Source of the DNA: a virus
Direction: 5' to 3' (one strand)
DNA length: 64,000 bases
Virus record (IMG/VR): IMGVR_UViG_3300035661_000038
Coordinates: 1 to 64,000 of that record
Each line of letters opens with the position of its first letter. Position 1 is the first letter of the stretch. Below, piece after piece: positions 28,345 through 37,486 of this stretch. The position numbers and the translations under genes were made by a program. The notes under the pieces are model-generated. The model was not told the DNA's origin. It worked only from the letters and a program-made list of their open reading frames with translations, and did no database searches.

Positions 28345-28366
28345 GACCAAAAAGCGCCTTTTGGTC
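28345..28366. repeat. 22-bp dispersed palindrome, copy 5
   Basis: Overlaps the TGA of 28365..29126. Confidence 0.95.
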
Positions 28367-29126
28367 AGGGCGTCCGAACGATCGTCGGTTCGGTGACGGC
28401 GCCGTCGTCGGCGAGCTCGGCGGCGGTCGCCGGATTGAACGCATCACCCGGCGCCTTCACGTCGACGAGCGCGCCCATGTTGGTCTCGACGTAGTTCACC
28501 AACGCGACCTCTGTCAGCACCATCATCACCTGGATCTCGGCGATGAAACGGCGCTTGGTGTTCGAGCCGTAGTCGCGTGAAAGCGATCGTTTCTGCACCT
28601 GAAACGCGACGAGCTGGTTGTAGTAGCTCGGCATCTTGAAGCGGATGCCGAACATGCACTCCGTCGGCGTCAGCGCCGCGACGATGCCTGCGACGAGCCC
28701 GCGCCTCATCGCGATCGTCGGCGCGACGACTTCAATCGTAAACGTCTCGCGGTACTCGCTCATCCACTGCACGACCGTCCCCGGCCAGTAGACGTCGCGC
28801 GATTCCTCTTCGATGAAGTTGCCGAGCCCCAGCGCATCGCTCGTGCCCTCCGCGGGTACGAACGTCACCGCGGGAAGCTGCGCATCGTCCGCGTCCTCGC
28901 TGGGTTCGATCTTGATGTTCGCCGACGGCACCTGGAACGGCACCGGTGGCCCGCCCACATCGCCCGCCCGGTAGAACGTCAGCTCCGAGAGGTACAGCTT
29001 GAGCACCTTCAACGCAGCGGTGCGTCCGTCGTGCGGCTGAGGCGGCGGATCGGGGCGCGGCGGAACGACCTCGCCGAAAGGCTCGCGCCAGATCAGAGAG
29101 CGGAGGCGCTGCGAGAACGTGGGCAT
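28365..29126 (-). CDS. Tail terminator / neck protein
   Basis: Synteny; LPAVTF motif. Confidence 0.55.
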   Translation of the reverse strand: MPTFSQRLRSLIWREPFGEVVPPRPDPPPQPHDGRTAALKVLKLYLSELTFYRAGDVGGPPVPFQVPSANIKIEPSEDADDAQLPAVTFVPAEGTSDALGLGNFIEEESRDVYWPGTVVQWMSEYRETFTIEVVAPTIAMRRGLVAGIVAALTPTECMFGIRFKMPSYYNQLVAFQVQKRSLSRDYGSNTKRRFIAEIQVMMVLTEVALVNYVETNMGALVDVKAPGDAFNPATAAELADDGAVTEPTIVRTP

Positions 29127-29136
29127 GACGCCCAGC

Positions 29137-29667
29137 CTACCGCCCGAGCTCGCGCGAAACCTCTTCCTGCACGAACTGCTGCACCTTGCCGAGGGCGCGC
29201 TCCATCACGCGCAACCCGCGCCCGCCGCCAAAGATGCCCCGTTTCTTCATCGACTGCGCAATCGCCCACGCCGCGCTGCGCGCCGCCGCCGCGGGATCCT
29301 CGCCCGGCTCGACTTGGACGATGCCCTTGCGCTGCGCCCACGCCGCGATCTCGTCGATCATTCGGCGCCCGATCTTGATGTTCTCCGCACGCGCGCCCCA
29401 CTCGATGATGGGCGCATACGGCAGCGGGTTGTAGACGTCGGAGCTCAACGCCGTGTGCGTGACCGCCCACGCCATCCGGTAGAGCCCGCGGTCGACAGGC
29501 AGATGCGCCCCAGGCACTTCTGCCGGCGTGTTGGGGATGACCGTCGACTTGATGTGCGAGAGCAGCCGCGTCGCTGCGCTGTAGACGCCGCGCCGATACG
29601 CATTCTGGACCTGCGCACCGATCGCATTCCCAAGGTCCGGGAGCTGGCGAATGTCGAAGCTCTGCAC
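29137..29667 (-). CDS. HK97 gp10-like neck/tail-completion protein
   Basis: PVDRGLYRMAW..NPLPYAPIIEWG. Confidence 0.75.
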   Translation of the reverse strand: MQSFDIRQLPDLGNAIGAQVQNAYRRGVYSAATRLLSHIKSTVIPNTPAEVPGAHLPVDRGLYRMAWAVTHTALSSDVYNPLPYAPIIEWGARAENIKIGRRMIDEIAAWAQRKGIVQVEPGEDPAAAARSAAWAIAQSMKKRGIFGGGRGLRVMERALGKVQQFVQEEVSRELGR

Positions 29668-29676
29668 GCCCCGAGA

Positions 29677-30267
29677 CTACTCGTTGTCCGCGTCGGGCAT
29701 TTCCTCAAGCTCGTCGTACTCAGGGGTCTTCGCCGGGATGTCCGTGCGCCCGCCAAACGTGCCGACGCGCTCCAGCGCCATCACCCACTGAACGTTCTCC
29801 GCGTCCATCGCTGGCGGCGAGAGGAGCCGAAATCGCATCGGCTCGGGCGTCGCCTCATGGCGGCCGTCCTCGAAGAGCTCGTAGTAGAAGTCCCACGGCT
29901 GCGGGATCGTGTCGACGCGCCGCCCATCGGGCAGGAGCTTCCCCGAGAGCGTGCCGAAGTCGAACGACGTCGACACTTCGCGCAGCCGAATCGATCCGAC
30001 CGGGTAGGCGCCCGCCGCGAATGGCCCGCGTGTGATCGCATCAAGCGACTCGCTGACCGGCGTTGGCAGAATCTCGACGCGCGCGATCTCCTGGTCGGTG
30101 CCCTCGCCGCGCTCCTCTCCCGTCGCCCGCGTCCACACGAGGAATACCCGGTACGGGCGCGCCCCGAGATTGGTCGCGATCTGGCGTACGCGGTCCGCCA
30201 CGCCACCCATCCGAGCGACGAGCGACCGCTTAGCCTCGCGCGGCGAAAGAGGGCGCGGTTTGGGCAT
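29677..30267 (-). CDS. Head-closure / adaptor protein
   Basis: Synteny; start MPKPR after GAGG. Confidence 0.55.
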   Translation of the reverse strand: MPKPRPLSPREAKRSLVARMGGVADRVRQIATNLGARPYRVFLVWTRATGEERGEGTDQEIARVEILPTPVSESLDAITRGPFAAGAYPVGSIRLREVSTSFDFGTLSGKLLPDGRRVDTIPQPWDFYYELFEDGRHEATPEPMRFRLLSPPAMDAENVQWVMALERVGTFGGRTDIPAKTPEYDELEEMPDADNE

Positions 30268-30274
30268 CGCCGCC

Positions 30275-30586
30275 TCAGCCGTCCATGCCCGCGTCCGGCG
30301 TCGCGACCGGCGCACAGCTCTCGCCGCGAACCTTTGCCAGCGCCACACGGTGCGCCGACAACACGACGTCGAGCCACGGCACCAGCGTCGCATCGATCCC
30401 GCAGATCGCCGCGACCTCGGGCGTCGGCTTGAGCAGGTTCGCGACGATGCACGCGCTCTGCGTGCCGTCGATGACCCACTTCGCGTCCTTCTTCGCCTCC
30501 GCGCACGTCGCGCCGAAGCCACTCATCGCCACCGCGCCGCCGAGAGCGAGCGCGCGCGCGCGCATCGCAATTCCGAGCTTCATCAT
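30275..30586 (-). CDS. Small exported/membrane Cys-containing protein
   Basis: Signal-like N-terminus, 4 Cys, AGGAGG RBS. Confidence 0.6.
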   Translation of the reverse strand: MMKLGIAMRARALALGGAVAMSGFGATCAEAKKDAKWVIDGTQSACIVANLLKPTPEVAAICGIDATLVPWLDVVLSAHRVALAKVRGESCAPVATPDAGMDG

Positions 30587-30592
30587 GTCCTC

Positions 30593-31027
30593 CTAGTTGC
30601 TCACGGGCACGTTGATCGACCCACCGACGCCCGACGGCCCGTCGCCGGCGATCGATCCGCCAAAGCGGAAGTCGAAGGGGTTGGGCATCACGCCGAGCAG
30701 GTTGCCGAGCGCGCTGCGCCAGTACTTGTACCGCTGAACCAACTTCTCGAAGTGGTCGTCGCGGAGCTCGATGGATCCAACCTTCTTGGCTTCGAGGTCA
30801 GGCATCGACTCAGCGAGCGTCTCTTCGATCTCGTCGAGCCGCGCGAGGTAGTCGCGGAAGAGGCCCAGCGCCTCAGGCAGGATCTTGGGGAACGCCCCCT
30901 CGATCATGAACTGCGTCTGTGTCGCCGCCGGGATGCCCCCGTTGAAGGTCATCGCCGACGTGACGTTGAGGTAACCGAGGTGCTTGCGAGCTCGCACCTG
31001 GTCCTCGGGGCTCACATGCACGGGCAC
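30593..31027 (-). CDS. Head-tail connector-like protein
   Basis: Synteny; KKVGSIEL motif. Confidence 0.6.
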   Translation of the reverse strand: MPVHVSPEDQVRARKHLGYLNVTSAMTFNGGIPAATQTQFMIEGAFPKILPEALGLFRDYLARLDEIEETLAESMPDLEAKKVGSIELRDDHFEKLVQRYKYWRSALGNLLGVMPNPFDFRFGGSIAGDGPSGVGGSINVPVSN

Positions 31028-31059
31028 TGGTCCATCTCCTTCCGCTGACTACCGCCCAC

Positions 31060-31494
31060 TCACGCAGTCATCGTCATCGCGTCGTCCTTGGGCTCCTCAC
31101 TCGCGGGCGCTGCGGGCGGTGAAGGCGGATCGATGTCTTCGAGCACGATGCCCTGCGATCGCAGGTACTCGATGTCGTACTGCGTGCTCTCGACGATCTT
31201 CCCCGCGGGCATCGCCGACTTGAAGCCGTTGAAGACGACGTGACCGCCGTTCATCACCTGATAGCGGCGCGCCTTCGGGGCGTTGGGGCGCTCCTCACGC
31301 ATCGCGCTCGCGATGACGTGGCCCTGCTGGCTCGCGGCGCGAGGGGCCTGGGCGGGGATGATGCCCGCCGAGCCGCCGCGCATCGACGGCACCGCACTCA
31401 CGCCGATCGGGCGCTGGATGAATCCTTCGTTTTCTCCCCCCGCGGCGGGCGGGGGAGCCTTCTGCTGCGTGTTCTGAACCGGAGATCGGGCCAT
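31060..31494 (-). CDS. Hypothetical protein after the MCP
   Basis: GGAGG RBS, MARSPVQ start. Confidence 0.6.
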   Translation of the reverse strand: MARSPVQNTQQKAPPPAAGGENEGFIQRPIGVSAVPSMRGGSAGIIPAQAPRAASQQGHVIASAMREERPNAPKARRYQVMNGGHVVFNGFKSAMPAGKIVESTQYDIEYLRSQGIVLEDIDPPSPPAAPASEEPKDDAMTMTA

Positions 31495-31585
31495 GTAGGT
31501 TGCACCTCCGCGGCCCACGATAGCAAAGCGGCGTCGACACGCGAGGATCGACGCCGCTTTGCTCACTCCGGATCGCGCGAGAGGA

Positions 31586-32989
31586 TTACTGCGCGAACTC
31601 CACGACCAACGCGCGCTTGTAGCGCTGTGGACCGCTCGGCGCCGTGATGTCCGTCGGCATCGCGAACGCCGTCGTGATCGACCACGCGGCCGACACGTAG
31701 TGGCCCAGGCGATCGAGCGGCGCGCGCAAGTAGAGGCGCACGTGCTCGGCGGAAACCGCGATGCCGTTCTGCACCACGTCGAACTCGCCGACCTTGCCGA
31801 TCAGCCCCGCCTCGCTGACGTACTGCGACTCGTCGAAGCCCTTCTCGTAGCCCATCCCCTGCCCGGTGATGATGATGCGGCCGATGTTGACGCCGTTGTT
31901 GTTCGTCGACTCGGCGCCGATCTCGCGCGAGTAGTACGCCTTCGTCCCGGTGGCGGTGCGCGCGCCGCAGTTGAGCGGGTTCGGCGCTTCGTTGTTCAGG
32001 TAGAACATCACGCCCGAGGTGTGGCCGATGAAGCCCGCGCTGTACGCCGCGCCCTCAGGGAGCGACTGGTTGAGGCGCTGATACACCGGGTCCGCGAACA
32101 TGCCGGCGTTGCCGATCGGCGAGATGTGCGCGTGATAGTAGCCGTCGTCGTGCGGGGAGACGTTGTTTGAGCGCAGCACGGCCACCGCGTTGATGATCGT
32201 CTGGAGCTGGAGCGTGTCGGATGCGCTGATCGAGTCGACCGAGAGGCCACCCGAGGAACGAATGACCGTCGGCGCGTCGACCGAAACGATCGGCGAGCGG
32301 ATCGGGGCACCACCGCCGCCGAGCGCCGCCTGGAGGTAGAGCGTCCCGGGACCGTACGCATCGGTCGGATCGTCGGCGTTGCAGCCGATGACGTTCGCCG
32401 CGATCGGGGTGACGCCATTGTAGACGGTGACCGCGAGCGGGTTGGCCGGCGAGACGGGCTGCGGCTTGGCCGAGACCGACGTGTTGAGAACGGTCGTGAA
32501 GCCGTTCAGCGACGCGACACGCAGCGTGGTGTCACCGGCGACGGCCGCGGAGATGAGGTTCGACTGACCCGAGAGGTAAGCCTTGAACATCGCGTTGCGC
32601 GCGACGCGGTTGACCGACTGGCCCGCCTGGAGGCCGAACGTCTTGACCTTGTTGAGGAACAGGTCCGCGTTCGACGTGACGCTCGTCGGCATGTGCACGT
32701 CGATCGCCGACGCGATGAGGTTCAGCTGCACGAGCCACTGCTCGTACGGCACCTCCTGCGGCAGCGGCTCGGCGCCGACCGCGAGCGGTTCGACGACGGG
32801 CGACATCAGCCCGGAGCGCGTCTCGTAGAGCTCCTGGCCGGTCTGCGCGTCCCACTTCTCCCAAGGGAACTCCGCGCGATACGCGAGGTTGGGGAAGAGG
32901 CCGTCGTAGAAGTACCGCGCGAGCAGGCCCTTCTGGTTCAGATCGAGAACGGTAGGCGGGATGCCGAGGACGATGCCGGGATTGGCCAT
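31586..32989 (-). CDS. Major capsid protein
   Basis: 467 aa after the scaffold; YHAHISP, PLDRLGH..AW; strong codon bias. Confidence 0.85.
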   Translation of the reverse strand: MANPGIVLGIPPTVLDLNQKGLLARYFYDGLFPNLAYRAEFPWEKWDAQTGQELYETRSGLMSPVVEPLAVGAEPLPQEVPYEQWLVQLNLIASAIDVHMPTSVTSNADLFLNKVKTFGLQAGQSVNRVARNAMFKAYLSGQSNLISAAVAGDTTLRVASLNGFTTVLNTSVSAKPQPVSPANPLAVTVYNGVTPIAANVIGCNADDPTDAYGPGTLYLQAALGGGGAPIRSPIVSVDAPTVIRSSGGLSVDSISASDTLQLQTIINAVAVLRSNNVSPHDDGYYHAHISPIGNAGMFADPVYQRLNQSLPEGAAYSAGFIGHTSGVMFYLNNEAPNPLNCGARTATGTKAYYSREIGAESTNNNGVNIGRIIITGQGMGYEKGFDESQYVSEAGLIGKVGEFDVVQNGIAVSAEHVRLYLRAPLDRLGHYVSAAWSITTAFAMPTDITAPSGPQRYKRALVVEFAQ

Positions 32990-33126
32990 GAGGGAAACCT
33001 CCGCGTCGAGTGCTCATCACGCTGCGCCGTCGAGGCGCGCGCTGGGTGGAGCAGCGATTCGGATCCCGGTTCCCCGCCTGTTGTCCCGCCGGCGTCTGCG
33101 TGAGGGATCTGCCCGTTGCACTCGCG

Positions 33127-33156
33127 AGAATCGGTCGCCGCGCAGCGCAACGTCAA
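33127..33156 (-). promoter_or_regulatory. Putative MCP promoter (TTGACG-18-GATTCT)
   Basis: In the scaffold-MCP gap. Confidence 0.4.
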
Positions 33157-33170
33157 GCCCGAGAACACAA

Positions 33171-33200
33171 CGAGCCCCGAGGATCTCTCCCCGGGGCTCG
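33171..33200. terminator. GC-rich hairpin after the scaffold gene
   Basis: cgagccccgagga/tccccggggctcg. Confidence 0.45.
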
Positions 33201-33209
33201 CTCTCACGC

Positions 33210-33231
33210 GACCAAAAGGCGCTTTTTGGTC
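33210..33231. repeat. 22-bp dispersed palindrome, copy 6 (inverted core GGCGCT)
   Basis: Overlaps the TGA of the scaffold gene. Confidence 0.95.
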
Positions 33232-34078
33232 AGGGCAGGCCGAACGCCTTCATTTGCGCGCGCGTGTACGCCTGAGGGTGCTTCGGGTCGACGCGTGCCC
33301 AATCGATCGCACCCGTGTTGCTGCCCGGCTTGGGTGCGGGACGCTTGTCACCGCCGACGCCGTTGTTGAGGAGCGCCTTGGACGGCTTCTTCTCACCGCC
33401 GCTATCGCCACTCGCCGGCGGCGCGCTTTTGGCGAACTTCGGCTTGTCCTTCGCGAGCTGCTCGAACCATTCCGCCACGTCGGTGTCCTTGAGCTTCGCG
33501 ACCTCCCGCGGCGAGAGGTTCTTGCGCAGGTGGTTGGCGAACCGCTCCATCGCGTCCTCCAACAAGTCCTCGTCGATGAACTTCGAGGCGAGAGACGAGA
33601 CACGGCGCTCCTGCACCGAGATGATGTGCTTGTCCTCGGCCGCCGCCGCGCGCGCCTCCGCAGCCTCCGCGCGCGCCTTCTCGCGGGCGAGCTCCTCTTT
33701 CATCTTCTCCTCTTCGGAGAGCTTCGCTTTGCGCGCCTCTTCGGCGTCGGCTTCGAGCTTGGCGAGCTTGGCAAGCTTGCTCTTGATCTCTTCGGGATCC
33801 GTCGTGCCGAAGTGCTCCTTGAGCTGCGACTTCGAGTAGCGCGTGAGGCGCTTCTTCAACGCCGCACCCGAGATCTGGTACGGCTGCTTCTCGTCGAGCT
33901 CGTCTTCGCCGTCGACGAGCTCGCGCGGGCTCTTGGGCTCGGGGGCGGACTTTTCTTCGGGGGCGGTCTTCGCCTGCGCGGCGGACGGCTGTTGCGCCGA
34001 GGGCTTGGGGGCCTCGGGCGTAGCGGAGGTCTCGGGGGTCTTGGTCTCGTTGGTCTCGTTGGTCGCGCCGTTCGTCAT
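33230..34078 (-). CDS. Capsid scaffolding protein
   Basis: Charged coiled coil, KLSEEEK, LAKDKPKF; upstream of the MCP. Confidence 0.75.
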   Translation of the reverse strand: MTNGATNETNETKTPETSATPEAPKPSAQQPSAAQAKTAPEEKSAPEPKSPRELVDGEDELDEKQPYQISGAALKKRLTRYSKSQLKEHFGTTDPEEIKSKLAKLAKLEADAEEARKAKLSEEEKMKEELAREKARAEAAEARAAAAEDKHIISVQERRVSSLASKFIDEDLLEDAMERFANHLRKNLSPREVAKLKDTDVAEWFEQLAKDKPKFAKSAPPASGDSGGEKKPSKALLNNGVGGDKRPAPKPGSNTGAIDWARVDPKHPQAYTRAQMKAFGLP

Positions 34079-34175
34079 CAGGGAATCCTCCGCGGGCGCG
34101 CCAAAATGACGTTGGGCGCGAACCCGTGCGAAGAATCTCGCAGAGCTCGCGCCCAACGTCACGCGTGGTCGCGAA

Positions 34176-34892
34176 TCAGACCGCCGGCGAGGTGCCTTCG
34201 AGCAGCCCGTCCACGTCGATCGCGCTCGCGACTGCGAACTTCACGCGCGCGCTCGTCACGGCGTCGGCTGCCGCGAAGTGAACTTCCGTCTTGGCGAGGT
34301 TGAGTGCGGAGAACGTCGACGCCGGCAGCGTGTCGGCCGGCGCCTGGATCATCAACTTCGCCGTGAGCGCACCCGAGAGCGACTCCGACTCCATCAGGAA
34401 AAGCACGCCGCGCGCAGTGTACTGCGCCGGGATCGTCGCAACGCCCGCTGCCCCGGAAACCGGCAGCGTCAGCTCCACGACGTCGTACTTCTCGGGCTCG
34501 TAGCAGATGTCGAGCGCGGTCCACGCGTCGGCCGCGGCGAAAAGGAGATCGCCGTTCGGCGCGACGGAGCAGTGACCCGCGGCGGGCGCCGTGTTCACGG
34601 CGTTGTAGAGGCCGTGGTCGATCGTGAGCGCGCCCTTGGCACCGGCACCGGCGCGCGCGTACACGCTCTTGATCGTGTGGCACTTCGCCGACTCGGCGAG
34701 GGTGAGCGAGTTGACCGCCATCTGGAGCACGTACGGGTTGGTCGTCGCGTCGACCGACTTGTTGCGCAGGAACGTGCGCAGCGAGCGGATGACGGCGCCG
34801 AACGCGATGAGCTGGAGGCCCGTGGAGATCCACCCGAGCAGCGCCGAGTTGAGGCGCCCGAGCACGGTGTTGCTGTAGTCCTTGACCGACAT
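34176..34892 (-). CDS. Putative head decoration / structural protein
   Basis: 238 aa in the head module, strong codon bias. Confidence 0.55.
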   Translation of the reverse strand: MSVKDYSNTVLGRLNSALLGWISTGLQLIAFGAVIRSLRTFLRNKSVDATTNPYVLQMAVNSLTLAESAKCHTIKSVYARAGAGAKGALTIDHGLYNAVNTAPAAGHCSVAPNGDLLFAAADAWTALDICYEPEKYDVVELTLPVSGAAGVATIPAQYTARGVLFLMESESLSGALTAKLMIQAPADTLPASTFSALNLAKTEVHFAAADAVTSARVKFAVASAIDVDGLLEGTSPAV

Positions 34893-35030
34893 CGCTGTAG
34901 TCCTTTCGACGGTGGTTGAGGCGCGACGTCTTCGCCGCCGTGCGGGAGACTACACGCGTCAGCGGTGCAAATGCGAAAGGGGCCGGGCCGACTCGGCCCG
35001 ACCCCCTCGGATGTCGCGGGCGCGCCGCCC

Positions 35031-35453
35031 TCAGAGCGGTCCGCCCACGAGCCACTCCACTGTCCCGGAGCCCTCGACTTCGAGCAGCGTCAGCCATCGC
35101 GTCGGGTCGAACTCTTGGATGATCTGCCCGCCGCCGACGGAGCTACCGACGTTGGTGACGGCCGACGTGACGCCGCCCGCAGGGTTGTTGAACGTCATCC
35201 GCACCTGCATCGGCGCGTTCGTCTTGAGGTAGAGGAACGTGCCCTGCGTCACGGTGTCGGTGGCGCCGACACCCGAGAGCGCGACGAACGCGAGCGGACT
35301 TGCGACGTTGCGCTTCTGCATCCCCGAGTCGACCAGGAGCGGCTTGAGCGATGGTGAGAGCGAGAGCGGCACTGACGACGCGCCTGCTGGAAACGCGCCG
35401 CTCGCGTCTGACGGCTGGACGTAGAGCGTGCCTGAGAGCGTCGCGTTGGGCAT
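35031..35453 (-). CDS. Hypothetical structural protein (beta-rich)
   Basis: 140 aa; TGATG coupling. Confidence 0.6.
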   Translation of the reverse strand: MPNATLSGTLYVQPSDASGAFPAGASSVPLSLSPSLKPLLVDSGMQKRNVASPLAFVALSGVGATDTVTQGTFLYLKTNAPMQVRMTFNNPAGGVTSAVTNVGSSVGGGQIIQEFDPTRWLTLLEVEGSGTVEWLVGGPL

Positions 35454-35770
35454 CAGCGGTCCCGCAAGTTCTTGAACGGCTTGGACGTCGAGGTCGGCGG
35501 CTGACCCGGCGAAGCCGTGTCCTTGAACGGCGTGCCCGCGATCTTGCTCGCCGGATCGGGGGTGACGTGCGGCTGGCTCGCCGGGCGCGCCTGCTGCGGG
35601 CGGTTCGGGAACAGGTCCGCGGGCAGCGCGCCCGCAGGCGCGGCGGGGCTGGCGCTGGGACGACTGGCGATGAGATCCTTCGGCGGCGGCGCGCCGGCAG
35701 CAGGCTGGATCGAGACGCCGGCAGAGCCGGCCGCGTCGGCGATGAACGGGGGGTGATTCGGCTGTGCCAT
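35453..35770 (-). CDS. Pro/Ala-rich small protein ending KPFKNLRDR
   Basis: GAGGAG RBS. Confidence 0.65.
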   Translation of the reverse strand: MAQPNHPPFIADAAGSAGVSIQPAAGAPPPKDLIASRPSASPAAPAGALPADLFPNRPQQARPASQPHVTPDPASKIAGTPFKDTASPGQPPTSTSKPFKNLRDR

Positions 35771-35793
35771 CGTTTCGATCTCCTCTTTGGGGG

Positions 35794-35997
35794 TCACTTC
35801 ATGTTGCGGAACGGCTTCGCCCCAGGTCCGCGACCGTGGTCCGGATACGAGGGAGCGAGAGGCGGCGAGACGTCGGCAATCTTCGCCGAGTCGCGCTCGG
35901 TGAGGCCGTGGTCGCGCGCGGGGAGCGTCGCGGCCTCGCCATCGGTGTGACCGGCAGGGGCCGGGGCGGGCGTGAGCTTGTACGACTTCGCGGACAT
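35794..35997 (-). CDS. Pro-rich small protein ending KPFRNMK
   Basis: GGAGG RBS. Confidence 0.6.
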   Translation of the reverse strand: MSAKSYKLTPAPAPAGHTDGEAATLPARDHGLTERDSAKIADVSPPLAPSYPDHGRGPGAKPFRNMK

Positions 35998-36022
35998 CGA
36001 CAGGACCTCCCAGCGAGCCCGC

Positions 36023-36044
36023 GACCAAAAGGTGCCTTTTGGTC
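36023..36044. repeat. 22-bp dispersed palindrome, copy 7 (core GGTGCC)
   Basis: Intergenic. Confidence 0.95.
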
Positions 36045-36099
36045 GTCGAGGCTGACCCGAGAGGTAACAGCCGCACCCCACCGGAGCAACGCTACTCGC

Positions 36100-37272
36100 T
36101 CAGGAGTCGCCCCCGCCCTCGTGCGAGGGCGTCTCCACGGCCGCGTCGTTCGAGCGCTCGGCGGGACGTTCTTGGGCCTTCTGCTCGGGGCGCCGCGGCG
36201 ACGGCTTGCCGAACTGTTCGATGGGCACCGTTGACCGCAGCGGGATCGGGGGCATCGCCTTCGCCTTGTGCCCATTCTTCGACGGCGGATGCTCCGCAGC
36301 CCACCGCGCCGCCACCTCGCCAGGACTCTTCGGGTGCATCTCCGCGGGGAGCTCCCACGCAATGCGGTGCGTGACCATCGCCTCGCGATCGTTCGGGCGC
36401 GCGGGCGGATGCTGCACGAGCCCCGTCCAAGTCTCGAACGCCTCGGTGGGGCGGCGGATCTGACCGTGGACGGCGTATGAGTCAGCGGCCGTCCGATTGT
36501 CGAAGATCGCAATCAAGATCTTCACGACGTCGCCTAGCTCGTCATCCGCCTCGCGCATCGCCTCGAACGCGCCGCGGTTGAACGCGCCGGCAAGCTCGGT
36601 GCGCACGATGCGCTCGGCCCACGACCGCGGCGCACCCTGGAGGAACGGCGACCGCACCGTGATCTCGTCACGCATCTCGGAGAACGACTTACGCGCGATG
36701 AGCCCGCGCTGAAGCGTCTTCTCGAAGACCGAGATGGTGTTGAGGCCGTAGCGCGCGAGAATCCCTTCCTTCGCCGGCACTGGTTCGACGAGCTCGCCGA
36801 GTCGTCCGACCCGCGAAGCGGGCTCACCCGAGCTCGCGAGCCGCGAGAGAATCGACGACTGCGTGCCCTGCACCGCCGCGTCGATCATGCGCGCCTCGTT
36901 GAGCGCAAGGGGCTGGACGCCGATACCGCGGAACGCCTTGTCCGCCTCGTGGAGGTACTCGGCGGTGTTCGTCGCTGCCTGCTCGGCGGCGCTCATACCG
37001 TCAGAGAGGATCTGGTGCGCGAGCTTCTTGTTGAGGTCACGCTGGACTTGCTTCACCTGCTCCAGCGTCGCGCGGAGTTGGGCGTGGGTGAACGTGTCGT
37101 CGCCAAGCCCGCGCCCAACCGCCTCGCGGATGCGTTTCTCCAAGTCGCGTTGCGACTCCGCGAGCATCGCCCGGGTCGACTTGAGCCCCTTCTCCGACGA
37201 GATGCGCAACACGTCCGCGCGGTTCTTCGCGAGGACTGCGCGCGCCCTCTCAGCCGCCTTCGCATTCGCCAT
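36100..37272 (-). CDS. Head morphogenesis protein (Mu gpF / SPP1 gp7-like)
   Basis: AERIVRTE, DNRT..HGQ, PPARPNDR. Confidence 0.85.
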   Translation of the reverse strand: MANAKAAERARAVLAKNRADVLRISSEKGLKSTRAMLAESQRDLEKRIREAVGRGLGDDTFTHAQLRATLEQVKQVQRDLNKKLAHQILSDGMSAAEQAATNTAEYLHEADKAFRGIGVQPLALNEARMIDAAVQGTQSSILSRLASSGEPASRVGRLGELVEPVPAKEGILARYGLNTISVFEKTLQRGLIARKSFSEMRDEITVRSPFLQGAPRSWAERIVRTELAGAFNRGAFEAMREADDELGDVVKILIAIFDNRTAADSYAVHGQIRRPTEAFETWTGLVQHPPARPNDREAMVTHRIAWELPAEMHPKSPGEVAARWAAEHPPSKNGHKAKAMPPIPLRSTVPIEQFGKPSPRRPEQKAQERPAERSNDAAVETPSHEGGGDS

Positions 37273-37324
37273 CGTACCCGCGAGCCTACAGCGTCGATCG
37301 GTCCGCTCGGATCCACATCGCACG

Positions 37325-37486
37325 CTAGCTCTCCAACGGAATCACCCACACGTAGCCGTTGCAGTCGGAGAAGCGTGCCGACTTCGCGCGGTGCGACGAG
37401 ATCTCGAACCCCTACCCGGAGAAAAACCGAATCCAGAACGAGCCGCGGACGATGGAGCCCTAGACCGGATCGAGATGGAATCTCAT
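37325..37486 (-). pseudogene. Decayed small gene
   Basis: ATG overlapping the upstream stop; protein-like FWIRFF..RFSDCNGYVWV broken by stops and a frameshift. Confidence 0.35.
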
